Positions 45,538-59,500 of a stretch of DNA of 64,000 nucleotides are shown one piece after another. Both the position numbers and the translations under genes were made by a program. Source of the stretch: Trichoplax sp. H2 (Eukaryota). The DNA lies in contig NOWV01000161.1 of assembly GCA_003344405.1 (NCBI GenBank), forward strand, positions 1 through 64,000, in the 5' to 3' direction. Each line of letters starts with the position of its first letter. Positions within the stretch are counted from its first letter, which is position 1. The notes beneath the pieces are model-generated. The model was not told the origin of the DNA and searched no databases. It saw nothing but the letters and a program-made list of their open reading frames with translations.

Positions 45538-47361
45538 TCAATCCAAAAAAGCAACAATGATGAAAAAATATTGATAAGAAACTAAATAATAAATATCGTA
45601 GAAAAGATAGGCTATACCACCTAATGAAAAATGATTGTATTGGTTTGGTAATCACAATTATTTCAATGACATTCTTATGCTCTAATTCCCTTAATATCTA
45701 GCCGAATTATACATGTTATATATTATGATGAATGAACCAATAATACCATTATAAACCACCTACTGTGAATGATTAATCTAGCTACGTTAGAATCATGTAT
45801 TAATAGGGAATAGTTAACGTAGTAAACAATTGATCACATTCCATGATATTGTTTTAATGAAATGATCACGCAAAGGAATTATAGTGATGAACAGAGAATA
45901 ATGATTGTAATTTGACTGTCTTAAAGTTACTTCTACCAAATCCATATTATTTACTTGAATTTTTCTTAGCGCCTGTCAACGTCGAAATGTCATGTAACGG
46001 TGATTGTAGCATACAAACTCATCAACTGTTAATGACCATCAGTAATTTTTTGTTATATAACTTTAACTCACGATTTTATTAACATTTATAACGAATAATG
46101 AAATTATGTACGAACAGAAGCCGAAGTGATTTGCAGTGTTCCAATAGCGTTATTCATATCATAGGGTGAAATAGTGAGTCACCGCAAAGAACATAAACAA
46201 ACTCTGAGGTTATTTCTCTAATAAAGTTCTCATTCAAACTAATCCTAGAGAAAAAGAGAGAATAACTGCCATATTGTATCGAGATATTTAAACATTTTCT
46301 ATCGCGAACAAGCATCTTTAAACAAGCACAAACGCGCCTGGTACATCTGTAGTATGATACTTCAACCATTATAATGAATAACTATTGTAGAAAAATGTGC
46401 TATGTACGTAAATTAAAATCCAGTAAGAAATAGCCATTAAAGGTTACATTTCGATTTTATAATCAAATAACACGTAACAACTATTAAACTTAGACAAATT
46501 TATAGTTGATGTTATTGAACATGGTAGGTATCATTAATTGCGAAAGTTAAGAGTTAGAGAAATTTTATAGGTAATAGAATATATAGAATAATGTATGGAA
46601 AGGATCGTCATCAGTACAGTATAAAGATAAATTTAGGATCACAGACAGCATATGAATATAGTTAGGGTACGCAAATAAATCATTGACGTTGTAAACTTTG
46701 TAACGTTACTGTTAATTAAAATACTAAATTCTATAAGATAGTTCACAGATATTTTGTCAAACAAAGTTAACGCAAATTCAAAAAATTGTAACTTTCATAT
46801 AAAATCGATTGATGAAATATTACAAATTTTCAAGATGCTTGAGGTAAAATAATTAATTACATTTACATGAAATAATAAGGATGATGACGATATTACAACT
46901 TACAGTAAAAAAAAAACAAAAAAAAGCAAGCACTAACAATAACAGCAAGTATAGTATTGCAATTATCTTTACCTCTTTTTCTATTAATTATCTTGGTTAA
47001 CTAACTTATAGTCAGCTAGAAATTGATAAACCAACTCGGAAGTTGAGATTCTGGTAAAGACTACTTTACCGACAAATTATAATCTTTGTAAATGCTTTAG
47101 GTTGTCAATACGCAGCCATAAAATACAGCAATACTGTTTCTAATAGGACTATCATATAGCACATTTACACATATGGGCAAACTACTTGTTACTGTTATAT
47201 CCTACAGGCAAATAAATGTACTAGTTATTTCTTTTATATCTTTTACATCACATAATTCTTCAATGCAAGAAGTCCAAGTATGAAAAATTGCAATTTGGAC
47301 GGCAACTTTCCATCACTTCTACGGTATTTTTCAGTCAAAAAAATTGGAATTCTACCATGCT

Positions 47362-50300
47362 TTATGATCGACTCGAAGCTATAACATGAAATAAATACTT
47401 TGATTAGAAGGAAACATATCTAATAAATTATGACTAATTAAAGTTATACCGCTACCTACAACTGATGAGATTACATAATAAAATATACCATTTATTACCC
47501 GGAATGATAATATTAAAATTGAATTATAACATAGACATTGATTCTGTAATGCAGGCTTCGGATTGTGTAGAAACTAATATTTATTTGACTTAATTTTTAA
47601 AAATACTACAATACTACATCCTATTTTACTGGCTTGCTTACTAAGTGTAAAGAAAGACAATATAATCATACCTCTTAATGAAAAGCCTTTACTTTTTCTC
47701 CCTTCATCTTCCTTTCGTTTTTCGTTATCGTTAGATATATAAGCCTGCTGTTGCTGATGATATTCCATTGTTCGCCAATTTCCAATTCCTCCTTTCGACT
47801 TTTTGTTATCCTCATCTTTACGCTTGTCGCCATCACCAGCAGCTGCTCCAGAAGAAAATTGCTGGTATTCACCTCGAACACCAGATAACAACTTTATTTT
47901 TCGGTTTTCTTCTTCCTTTCTCTTGTCAGTTTCTCCACTCGTAGTAGGATTAAGCTGTTGAGATGATTGCAGATGAGCTTGTTGTGTCGAGGTATTTTGC
48001 ACAGATTTCCTATGTGGTTGCATTTCTTGTTGTTGTTTTTGCTTCAGTATTGTCCAGTCGAAGACAAAATCATATTGATGATTGAGTGTTTTAAACAGGA
48101 TTCGAAATAACTGACGCAGGTACATATAGTCCGGTGGTTCCTCGAATCTTAGGCCACGACAGTAATTAAGATACATTGCAAATTCTGTTGGATATCCCTA
48201 AAGCATTAACCATAATTTAGTTATGTATACGACATGTACAAATTAACGATTCACATATACATTTATGTATCATATTCAGATAAGTCAAAAACAAAAATAA
48301 AAACGTAGCGGGGTAACAAAGTCAATGTTATAGTAGAGAGTATTTATAAAAAAATTAACAATAATAATAGCATAATGAGATGACAATCATTTATGCGACA
48401 TAAATGTACAGTAACTCACTTTGCATAAAACTTCGATAGGCGTTGACATTTTTTTCTCGCTGATTTTTTCATACTTTTGCCTTTTAGTAGCAGCTTTCAA
48501 TCCTTGCCACGGTAAACTAGATCGATTGAAGTACATTAAAACGTAGCCCAACGATTCCATATCATCACGACGCCTAAAAAATAATAAGAAATATCAAATT
48601 ATTCAGAATACGATGATATTTTTCTACAGCTTTTTATATGATAAAGTGATATGACAGTAACGTAATGGTGCTGATTACTGTCGTACTTCTAAAATTTAAA
48701 GTAAGTTAACTTTGTACATCAAAATTACGAGTGCAGTAAAAGTTGGATAACTTACGATTGCTCAATACCCAAATGGGCATTTATGCTTGCATAACGAGCG
48801 GTTCCAGTAAGATTTTTGTCTTCGCGATATTGGATGTGAGCCCGTGATCGACTATCGCGATATTTTTTAGCCAAGCCGTAATCGATAATATATAGCTTGT
48901 TCGCATTACGTCCGCAGCCCATAAGAAAATTGTCCGGCTTAATGTCACGATGGATAAAGTTTTTGTTATGGATAAATTCAATTCGTCCAATCATCTACAA
49001 TGACAATAATAATATTTTTTAGGAATCAAAGCTAGAAAAATTAACTTATCGCATAGCAAAACTGTGATAATCCATTTATGGTAGGAGGATTAGAATAATC
49101 GATCGGTTTCATGGTACAATGTTTAAACGAAGTCAACGACAATCTTTTGAGAGTATTAAATACTGTAGCTATTTTCAGATATAATCGTAATTATATAGTA
49201 GAAAACTATAATACCATAATTATTAAACTAATGAATTCTACAGTGTAGATCTATCTAGTATATAAAGCTAAAGGATTTGTCTGGCAGCAGTTTAAATACC
49301 GTTGCAAGGTAATGAACATCATTTGATGTCAACTTGGTCCAATTAATCAGCATTTAATTACCTTCTACAGTACATCCAGTTTTGACATTTAACTACTTAG
49401 ATTATACGAATATACTCCACAGTACTGATGCGATTTTAGTATTGCTACAATCGCTATCCGGCTTATAATAATTTTTTTACCGCGTGTATAGTTATTTCAT
49501 CGAACCCTAAAGTATTGACTATTGCTATCTAAAATGTATAAGTAGATTTTCGACGTTCGCCTAGCATCACTTCTTACCTGATCTGCTAACATCAATACGG
49601 TTTTCATCGTAAACTTTCTTTGACAGTAATTGAATAAATCTTCCAAACTAGGACCCAATAAATCGATGACCAAAACGTTAAAATCTTTTTCTTGGCCATA
49701 CCACCTACAAAATTGAAATTCAGGACAGTATTAGTAAGCATCTTTAAGTTAACCCATTCATGATTTTATACGAGTACATGAATTTCTTATTTTATTTCCT
49801 TTAATATCCGCTACTCATCTAATATTCTACTCGCTAATGAAAACAGTATAACGTACTACAGAGTAAAACTTTAGAAAGTTATAATTCTTTTTTCAAGACT
49901 CTTAATCAGTGATATCAGAAAACATTGTCTAACACTTTACTAATATTCACGAAATAGATTCAATTTCATTAAGGTTTTCGCTTTCATCACAGTCAAATAT
50001 TTTTATAGTAATAACTTCATTTGAAATTTTTATAAGAGATTACATCCTATAGTATCGTACAATTTAGAAGAATTATTCGTAAATACTATTGTTCGTATTC
50101 TTGTAGATTTAAGGCAGTTATTTTAAGACTGTTGATTGATTATTTGATGAATGTAAGAAGCAGCCATATAGTAATTGTAATTGCTCAAGTTAAGATAATA
50201 CTATTTTTAAGAATATCTCACGACTAGAGTTCTTTCATTTCAGTCAGATTAAGGTAATGGAAAAATAGTTGCTAATTTAATCGATATCACCATCACTTCG

Positions 50301-53179
50301 ATTGTTCTTTCGCTTCACTCTTCCGAATGTAGTAGCAATTTTGTGCCGAACAGTACTAACGATGAAGAGTATGAAATATTTACTGTAAACCAATACCAAA
50401 AACTACTGACCTACTGCTATACCGTACATGCCTTAGTTCTGTAAGTTATATTAATTTGATCTGCTGATGTAATGTAACAGTAATAAAAATATTCATAAGT
50501 TTTACCATATTAGGTAAAATAGGTGACTATGCACTGTTCAACGGCTATAGTAGTGTAGTTAACACGGAGCTTTTTCATTGTTGTCCGATGAAAAAGTAAC
50601 AACATTAAAAAATTATCCCAATGACTGATAGACTAGTGTAAATCCCTTTCTTTTCGCTCAGGTTCAATAAGCAACCTAGACTACCGCAGAATATTAGTAC
50701 TGCATAGGTATACTGTAGCTTTAACAAGGATGAAATGTAGAAGTGGTAATGTCTGTGTAATTTTTTCAATTCATCGCAATTTATTAATTGATCAACTAAT
50801 TAGAATAAATATTGTCAAGATAACTGCACAACCGTACGTGTAGTGAAAAAAATAATCATAAGAAGGTAAATGCGAGAGCGTAGCGAAGACGAATTCAATG
50901 ATATACAGTAATTAAAATGTTGTCTTATTCAAGTACTGTAAGTCCGTGTAGGACGATAATATCAAAGCAAGAAAGTACTTTTCCTGCCGGTCTTCCAATT
51001 GTGTACTGCGTTAGTATATGCATTACTTAAGATTTAGTATCGTCTCTCCGAAACTATGGATAAAAAATCAAATGTGCCACTACGTTACAGTATTAAACAT
51101 ATATCTTCCCCATGAGGATTATAGAGAATTTGCTAATTACTCTAAACTCACCGCTGTATTACAGTAGCCTATTCGGCTAATAACAAATGTTGGCGATGGC
51201 TAAGATATCGAACAGTAAAGTTAATACTGTATTAGAAACTATCTGAAGTCGACGGAGATTATACGGTGTACACATGTAAATAATGTCTGATTACATGCAG
51301 GTCAGCAACTTCAAAAATTCACGGTGATTGAAAAATTAGTGTAGCTATCATCGCATTTAGCAAGAAGACTGTTTTTCATTTCAAACGACAACAAGCTCAC
51401 GAGTCACCACCATCAACAAAAATCTCCGTTACTATTACTAAAATTGATAAATAGTTATTCCAAGTTGATTGCTCACGCCGCACACCTTGGATGAATATCG
51501 GCATCAACGATGGAGTCTGTTTTTAGGCTCCTGACTAGTGTATTGTAACCCCACTACGACTAAACATTTAATCCGATTGAAAGCGCTACATAAAATCCGA
51601 ATCCGATCCGAAAATTGTATTGACCACTTTAACGATATCGATTAACGTTAATAATAAAGAAAGAAATCACTACCTACAGTAGCTTTTGCAAAACTTGGAT
51701 CAAAACTATTGTCCTTGATATGACAGTATTGTTTCTCTTTTAATAAAGTTATTTTCAGCTGCACGAAGGTTATATGGTAACACGATCATGCGAGAAAAAA
51801 CACCGTGTACCGTAAATGGTTTGTTCAATTTAGCCTGATAGGTGTACCGTTGCGAAGTAACTTTATAGCGCAGTCAAGTGCAGAACAGTATAGTTTTCAG
51901 AGATATCTTATATGACAACGTCCAAAAAATGGAAAAAATACTACTGCACTTGTATGGCGGTAATGGAATTTTAAATAGATGATGACAAAAATTTTAAAAT
52001 ACAACATTATATCGTGAAGGCTTTGCGGACGCAGTCTTTTAGTATCGCGAATCCTCCAGTACTGTACGAGTACTAGAGGAGAGTATTTTGTAGTCATACG
52101 TTATCTTTTATCCTAAGCAGTATTATTTTAGACAGTTCTCAGTGGAATTCAAAAAATTTTTTATCATGTCAGTACGGCAATCAAGCTCAGTTTGGAGTAA
52201 GAAATATTCACGTAGTAATCGAATTTTTATGGATAGAACATGTACCTAATTCTAGTCGTGTGCGATATACTGTACATGGCGAAAGGCACTGCAAAGGCAG
52301 AGGATAAATAGATCATCTTTGACTAACCTTAAACGGGGAATACCAACTCCACTTTGAAAAACTTTATACAGCTTAGCTTCGTATAACAATTGTGGATGGC
52401 GTGCACGAATAGATTCCAATTTGACGGCTACCTCCTACAGAAGAACGCATATCAAAAGATGAAAATAGATGTTGGTCAAAAGGTTGAACCATTTTTTTTT
52501 AGGAAGGGGGAAGCTAGCATTTTGGACATTTCTGTCCATACGTCAGTTACATAGAGTCTGTTTTTTACCACTGGGAACGTCCACTTTGCAGCAATACGGA
52601 CAGGCAAACATCTCTTTCTACGCGAACTGTTCAACTAAGATTAAACTAATAAACTTGAGCTTGTTTGCGATTATCATTTTACTCCTTATCTACACACTGG
52701 TATTACCAATATCCTACGGGAAAACATTTTCTACTCATAGAATTGGAAGATGACAAAAAATATCAACAAGATTCAAGACGCAGAGTACAACGTCATTACC
52801 ATCGTACGGTTACTACTGTATGTACTATACGGGAACAGTCCGTACTACGGACAGATGTTGAGAGTTGCACTAGGTTGAAAAGTAAAGTTCAACAATTCAT
52901 TTTTAGTGAATATAAACGTCATGTAGTCTTGAATCTAATCAAGAAAAACAAGTGGTGATATTGGCTAGTCTATCGTCAGTGAAATTTTTAAAACAATTTT
53001 TATTCCAGTTGGGAATCGCCAGTGGGGCATTGTAGACGTTGACTTACCTCGCCATTCGTAATATTGACTGCTTTATAAATTTCACCAAAAGATCCACTGC
53101 CAATTTTTTGCAATAATTTATACTTTCCACCAACAACAAATTCCCCACGAATAGGGTTCGATCGCGAGCTACTGCTCAT
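47362..53179 (-). CDS. CSNK1A1: Casein kinase 1, alpha-like, 7 exons; last micro-exon 47362-47378 is tentative
   Basis: [61 protein letters not shown]. The alpha-type features are the N-terminal extension [10 protein letters not shown] and [19 protein letters not shown]. Confidence 0.92.
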
Positions 53180-54089
53180 CTTGAAAGTCTGTATAGGGCA
53201 CTCCAACTAATGGCTGCCTAGATTAACTTGTTGAAAGTAAACTTCAATGAAGGGAAAAAAATTCTTTCACCGCTAATTCCTTCCTACTCACTACCTCTCT
53301 CGTCTTTGTGAAGAAAAATACCTTGGTACTGAAGCTAGTCGTGCAAGTCGACCGTCTTGGGGTTGTCACATCACCAAGTGACACACTACAGTACGTCAAC
53401 TACAGTACAGTACAATAACGCAAAGTCCGCCACACTTCACTGCAGTGCACTGTTCGGGACAGTACTCGGGTAAATAGGCTAATAATGAAGAAATTAATAA
53501 TTATTATTATTCTTATGATCATTATTATTATCACTAATAAATATTATTATTATTATATTATTATTAATTAATAGGGTTACCTCTGGTCACACTAGTCAAG
53601 TCAAACGAATGACACAGTAAGTACAGTACTGTACTGTACTGTACAGTACAGTCTCCGTTAGCTGATTCATTTGACGCCTTTGGCGACGTTGATATGACAT
53701 ACGGTACACTTACGTACAAACTACACCACCTGTATGGTACCGTACTATACACTGTACTGTATGGTACCGTAGTTCCTCAAGCCTGCATTTCCTACAGTAC
53801 ATTGTATTGTAGCTGATCGGACGATACCTTTCACCACTCTGTTGTTACCACCAAGCCTGTTAGTCTGTTACGCCTGTTATTTAGGCTGTTGCTGTAGTGA
53901 CGATTGTAAACTATAAACGTAAACGAAGAATCCCTTTTACAGTAGCATCTCAAAGGCATCTACCAATCGACTGTTCTCAATACATAATGTGTACAGTATA
54001 CTGGACTGTATACTGTAGTAGCGCCTATTAGCTTCTATGAGGGTACATGAGTTACTTGTAGAACTCCACAGTGACGTTGTGTCCATCCT

Positions 54090-54127
54090 ATTGCCATAGC
54101 AACATACTTAGCAACCAACTTAGCAAC
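54090..54127. promoter_or_regulatory. RFX X-box-like site plus two TAGCAAC half-sites
   Basis: ATTGCCATAGCAAC (54090-54103) is close to GTTGCCATRGCAAC; it is followed by a 12-bp tandem ACTTAGCAACCA x2. Confidence 0.4.
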
Positions 54128-56565
54128 CAACACTGGTGTCACCGCTGACATTCCATTCAATCATATTCTACGCTTTGACCTAGGCAGTCCATCCTAGACT
54201 CGATAGGTATAAAATGTCTTAGGTAGAGGTAGAAATATCGGCCAAATAAATTCATCTTATATCTTCAACCCCAGCTTAAGTAACAGTATAAATGAATTAT
54301 AGATCAAGGTACAGTACATGATCCATCACTATCGTAGGCTAGGGATAAAAGAAATAAAAAGAAAGAAATGCACCTAAGCTATCGATGCATTTAACTGTTG
54401 CATCGTTGATTGCACTCGTAATGTTGTATATCTCTGACGAAGATATTAAAGTATATTTAAATTCAGTTTGCTCATACACTATTGTTAGCCTTTCCTTACC
54501 TGTCTGACAGCATAAAGTCTCTGATCTACTATAAAACGGTAGTCGATTACTATTATGTACGTATCGTTCAATTCCCCTCCACTTTTACAAATGAAATGCG
54601 CCTACTACAGGAAATGTATAATGCACAATTATAAATGATTTACTAATTATAATATACCTAAATACATTCGCACACAATCAGAAATAAGCTGCAGAGTATT
54701 ACATAGCGTTGAAAGAGAAAGAGTTCAAAAATATTAAAATATTAAATCAAAAGAGATAACTCAACGTCATCTATAAATTGTTACACCATCAATATAAATA
54801 TAGCCTACATTGAAGTTATACAATGGTTGTTGGCTTCTATAATATCATTTATGTTTATTAATCTAGTGCATCCTAGAATTGACACTATTAAAATGTCGAA
54901 CATATCATTTTCTGCTCAATTTTTCCCTATCTTTCAATTTTCTATCAACTTTTAAAAATGAAGTATTAATAGGTAAATATTTATAAGCTATTCATCGCTA
55001 TCCATAATACCACATACGTTGATTAAAAATACTGTATACTGTACGCTGTAGGATATCCGATGCTGCCAAAAGAGAAACAATCTTATAAAACGACATGAAA
55101 TGAATAAATGAAAAGAAATGGACCATTATTTGTATTGCTTGTTGTGTCTTTGATTACAATTATAGGAATTCGAATTCAGATAATTAAACCCATAATTTCG
55201 CTAATATTTCATAACTAATGAGCACTTAATGTCAACGAATAATTATAGCACAATTCGATAAATTTTAAAATATAGATTAATAAGATGAAATGGGCTGCAA
55301 TTAAATCACTTATATGTACATGCTATAGTTCCTAAGAAAGGATACTAGTATAACTTAGTAGTGTACGAGTACGTTATTACGTTTTTATCATAAAAAAATT
55401 TTAGTATTCCCATATCTTCAATTACACTCTTGTCAATATCATTACAGAACAAATTTCAATTAATTTATATTTATATTGCAGCTATGTATTGTATAAAATA
55501 ATGCTAAAAGTAAGCTAAAGTAACTTTTCTTTAAGCAATTTCTATAGTATGATAAAATAAAAGAATCTAAAACAATACTTGAATGAGCTTACTGTAGCCG
55601 CAGATACAATGTTATAACATGTTAGCATGAAAGTATGCTACATAACCTAAAAAGGCGCTGGAAACAATGTTCTTCAATATACGTACAAGGGCTACAACCC
55701 TAGTAGCATGTATCATTTAATACTATTAGCCATTCATAAACACTGTTAGAAAATTGAACTTATATTATATTGATATCTTAGATGATCCAAGCTGACACCA
55801 GAGCTTACGTACAATGGTAGACGCAAAAGTTATCAAGGCCAACCCATTACTTATTTATAAGTACATACGCATATTAACGTGATCAGTAACAATGTTATCT
55901 ATGCAATAGTTTATTGATGCACGTAGCAATTTTTAATGTCATAAAGTCTTAAAGAAACATTTGCGCTACAATTAAAAAATTTTCCACTGAAAATTTATCG
56001 CATAAATTAAAATTCAATGAAGCCACCCAATAACTGGATAAATAGTTCAAGAGTATGTATAATCTAGAAAATTTATAACTCATCTGTAATAATTATGATT
56101 AATCAGATGATATATACTGAAGAAATCTGATAGAAGTGGAGAAAATAACAGCTATTTCAATATATAAGTAAATAATATCTGCTGTACTTTCATTTCAATA
56201 TTATCAAACTTATTCTCTATATTAACAAGTAAAGTTTACTGCATACCGTATTTAGCTGTCTATTTAACTAAAAACTATATAAAAATGTTAATCCAGTACT
56301 GAGAAAACATGTTTTAAAAATTGGTATAACTCAATTATTGATGATATAATAACACGGTACTTTCAGTTAAATAATAAAGGACAGTATTCTGATAGTTGTG
56401 GTATATTACGTATATTAACTGTAAACAATATTTCCTTTGTCATCAACTATAGTGATACATATAGAACTGCAACATAATCGTCAATATACATGAAATACAG
56501 ATGCATTATCTAAAGTACAAGAAGGACCACACTTTAAATATTAAGCCTCAACTGTTACAGCAGAA

Positions 56566-59500
56566 TCAACTACGTCTTTTTTTAACATCTGAAACAACTT
56601 CTCTTTCATCAACTGACGACAATTTAAACGGAAACTTCACTGTATTGCTTCGATAATTTCTGTATGCTGAACTAGATACGATTTTCCGCTTCCGTGGGCT
56701 AGCTAAAAATTTACTAATTACGCTTTCCAATTCTTTTTGAAGCCGACAAACTTCATGATAATTCACAAAGTAGTCAGGAAACCTAAAGCTAAATTCGTTT
56801 TTTAAGGTTCGCAAGAAATTATCAAAACATAGTTTATCATATAACAAAAATAGCAATTCTAGTTACGTATACAATATATGAATTATGATAATCTGATTCC
56901 GATTATTAGTTAAATTAATGACTTAAAAATTACCTTAGCCAAAGGTATAAATCAAGAATATCGTATACAGCTTCTAAAGTAAATAATTTTTCTTCATCAT
57001 CCGGCATCTTAAATGGATACGGTATCAACTCTTTCAATGATGCATCAGTGATACTTGTACGTTTACCAATATGAGTGGCAAACTGCACAATTTAATTTAA
57101 AAATAAATACCAAATTTAGCTTAAAAATACCCAAAATGACGCCGTAAAAGCCAACTTTAAAATCATACCTTAAGAACAGCGGACGACATTAATGGGTTAC
57201 GATGATCAATTGGTGCTAAACAGAATATGTATTTCTCCTTTAGGAGTAATCCTTCAACAGTGTCCACAATCGCCGCAACATTCTTCAGAAAATCAAATGT
57301 TATACAATACGTATTAGAATGGTATGATGCTACCTGATATTGGAATACTAAAAATCGCTAATAAAGCAATCTATATACGAGTATACATCCCATGCTATAA
57401 TATCAATTGCAAATTTAGTATCTATCGCTAAAATAGATATTAATCTAAGGGGTACGATAACTTATTTCATTAGCAATCTATCTAATTGCCGAGTAAAATA
57501 ACTACATTAAATCATCAATATCATTAACGTACTTTAAATTCTTCATTTCTGCAGATGAAAAACTTGTCGCCGACTTTAACCAGATTAGAGAATAAATCCT
57601 AAAGAAATATAATAAAATATTCAATTAGTACCTAAAATGAGATCGAGCTATTATTCAGATTCTAATACATGATCTAAAACTATCAAGATATTACTTAATT
57701 TCCTACCAAAATATCTGTAAATGATGCTTCTGGCAAATAGTAAGAAAACAATTCAACATCACTCCATGTAAGTCCAAGGCCAGCTCGCTACATATATTAT
57801 CATGTGTATTCGTTCATCATATTGGCAGTTAAACAACAAAAAATGGATTTTAAAATACATTTCAAAGATAGACACGACCATACCTGAATTGGTTCAATAG
57901 GAGTATCTAGTAGTCTTTGTATGATCGGTAAATCGTCCACGAATAGCCTATCAGGGTGATAACGGAGTGTTATTAGGAGAATTAAAGTATTTAGTATTAA
58001 AGTAAAGCGCAATATCAGGCTAGAAAACGTTAACATTAGAACGAACGTCGTAATTTCTCCTATATTAAAATCGGAGCGAAAACGACCAGCTCTGCCCGCT
58101 ACTTGTCTAGCATGAGACGGTGTCAAACTCGTAATTTCCAATCCATCGAATTTCATAAGTGAATTAAATATAATTCTTTTAATATTTCTATAATTAAATT
58201 AATCAACAAAGATATTGACTTATTATAATATTAGCAATGTTACAAATACAACGAACAATTTATTATTGCTATAATGGTACTTACAAATTCAATCCCATTC
58301 CGATTGCATCGGAAGCTACCAACACATTATAATCATTATTTGGATCATTAAACAAGTCTGCCTGATGAGCCCTTGTTACTGAGTGATTGAAAAAAAATTT
58401 TGGCTATAAAGCAAAACATGTAATATCAATACATTATAATTTGCGATTACGAAGCTTACCAGACGGCAAACCTCCATAAATAATTGCGCATTTATGATCG
58501 GTTTTACTCTCTACGCTATATTTTAGCTTAAATAGTTCTTTTCGAGAAAATGCTACAACACAGTCTCCCTTGGTCACGTTACTAAGTTTACCTATAAATA
58601 TACTTCAGTTAGGCAGCTAATCATTTACATATTAAACTTAAGGCAATTTGCACTTATAGGAATAAGGTGTAATGCCTATAATAGCTGCTATTTTTAGTTC
58701 GTAATAACTACAATGTATAATTTAAATACCGTCAAAACTGTTTTTCTGCACCGATAAAGGAACTAAGCGATCATATCTCTGAACCTATGATAAAAGAATT
58801 AGATATGTTGCATTGTATTACGTGTTTGCTGCAATGGTCATCATATAAATGACTACAGTAGAGGAGCATACCTCGAACTCATCACCACATAAATCAGCTA
58901 ATTTCCTTATAAGGTCTATACCAGATGGATCACCGCAAAGATGAAGTTCAAAGGCACAAAGACCTATAATAAATAGATATATAAATATAAAAGAAAGACA
59001 CGTACCAATAATTCTAATACCATGAATTACGCGAGCTCTCTGAACCTAATAAAGCTCTGGTCCAAGCGAATCCTCTGAGGTCATCCTTGATCATTTGAAT
59101 CTCATCGATAATACCGATGTCGTCTAATGATATTATTTTAGTCAGTATCAGCATTTACGCTTGTATATATCATGTAAATTTGTATTCACTTAAATTAAAG
59201 CTTAGCTAAGTTTAAATAAGTTATTTTCGAAGATAATTTAAATCCGTAAAATTAAGTCAAAATTTAAGCATGTGTAAAATGCTAACAATGTTCATTTATA
59301 TTTGCCATTTCAACTGTACAAGAAACATGCTGAGAACTAAATCCATTGGGATCAACGTAAAGACGTTCCTCTCCAGTAATTAGATCGCATTTTACATTCT
59401 AGAAAAACGTATATCAAGTTAACGTCAAGTTAGCGATAAGCATATGAACACAAATCTCAAAACGTTCATACCGCTTCTAGTGATCTTCGATAAATTTCGT

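Noticed and set aside
48019..48045. Q runs in the CK1 tail as an expandable polyQ tract
   Set aside because: Only 3-4 residues per run, interrupted, and not long pure CAG tracts.
53481..53572. AT-only (TAT/TAA)n tract as a structured RNA
   Set aside because: Low-complexity microsatellite; self-complementarity follows from composition.
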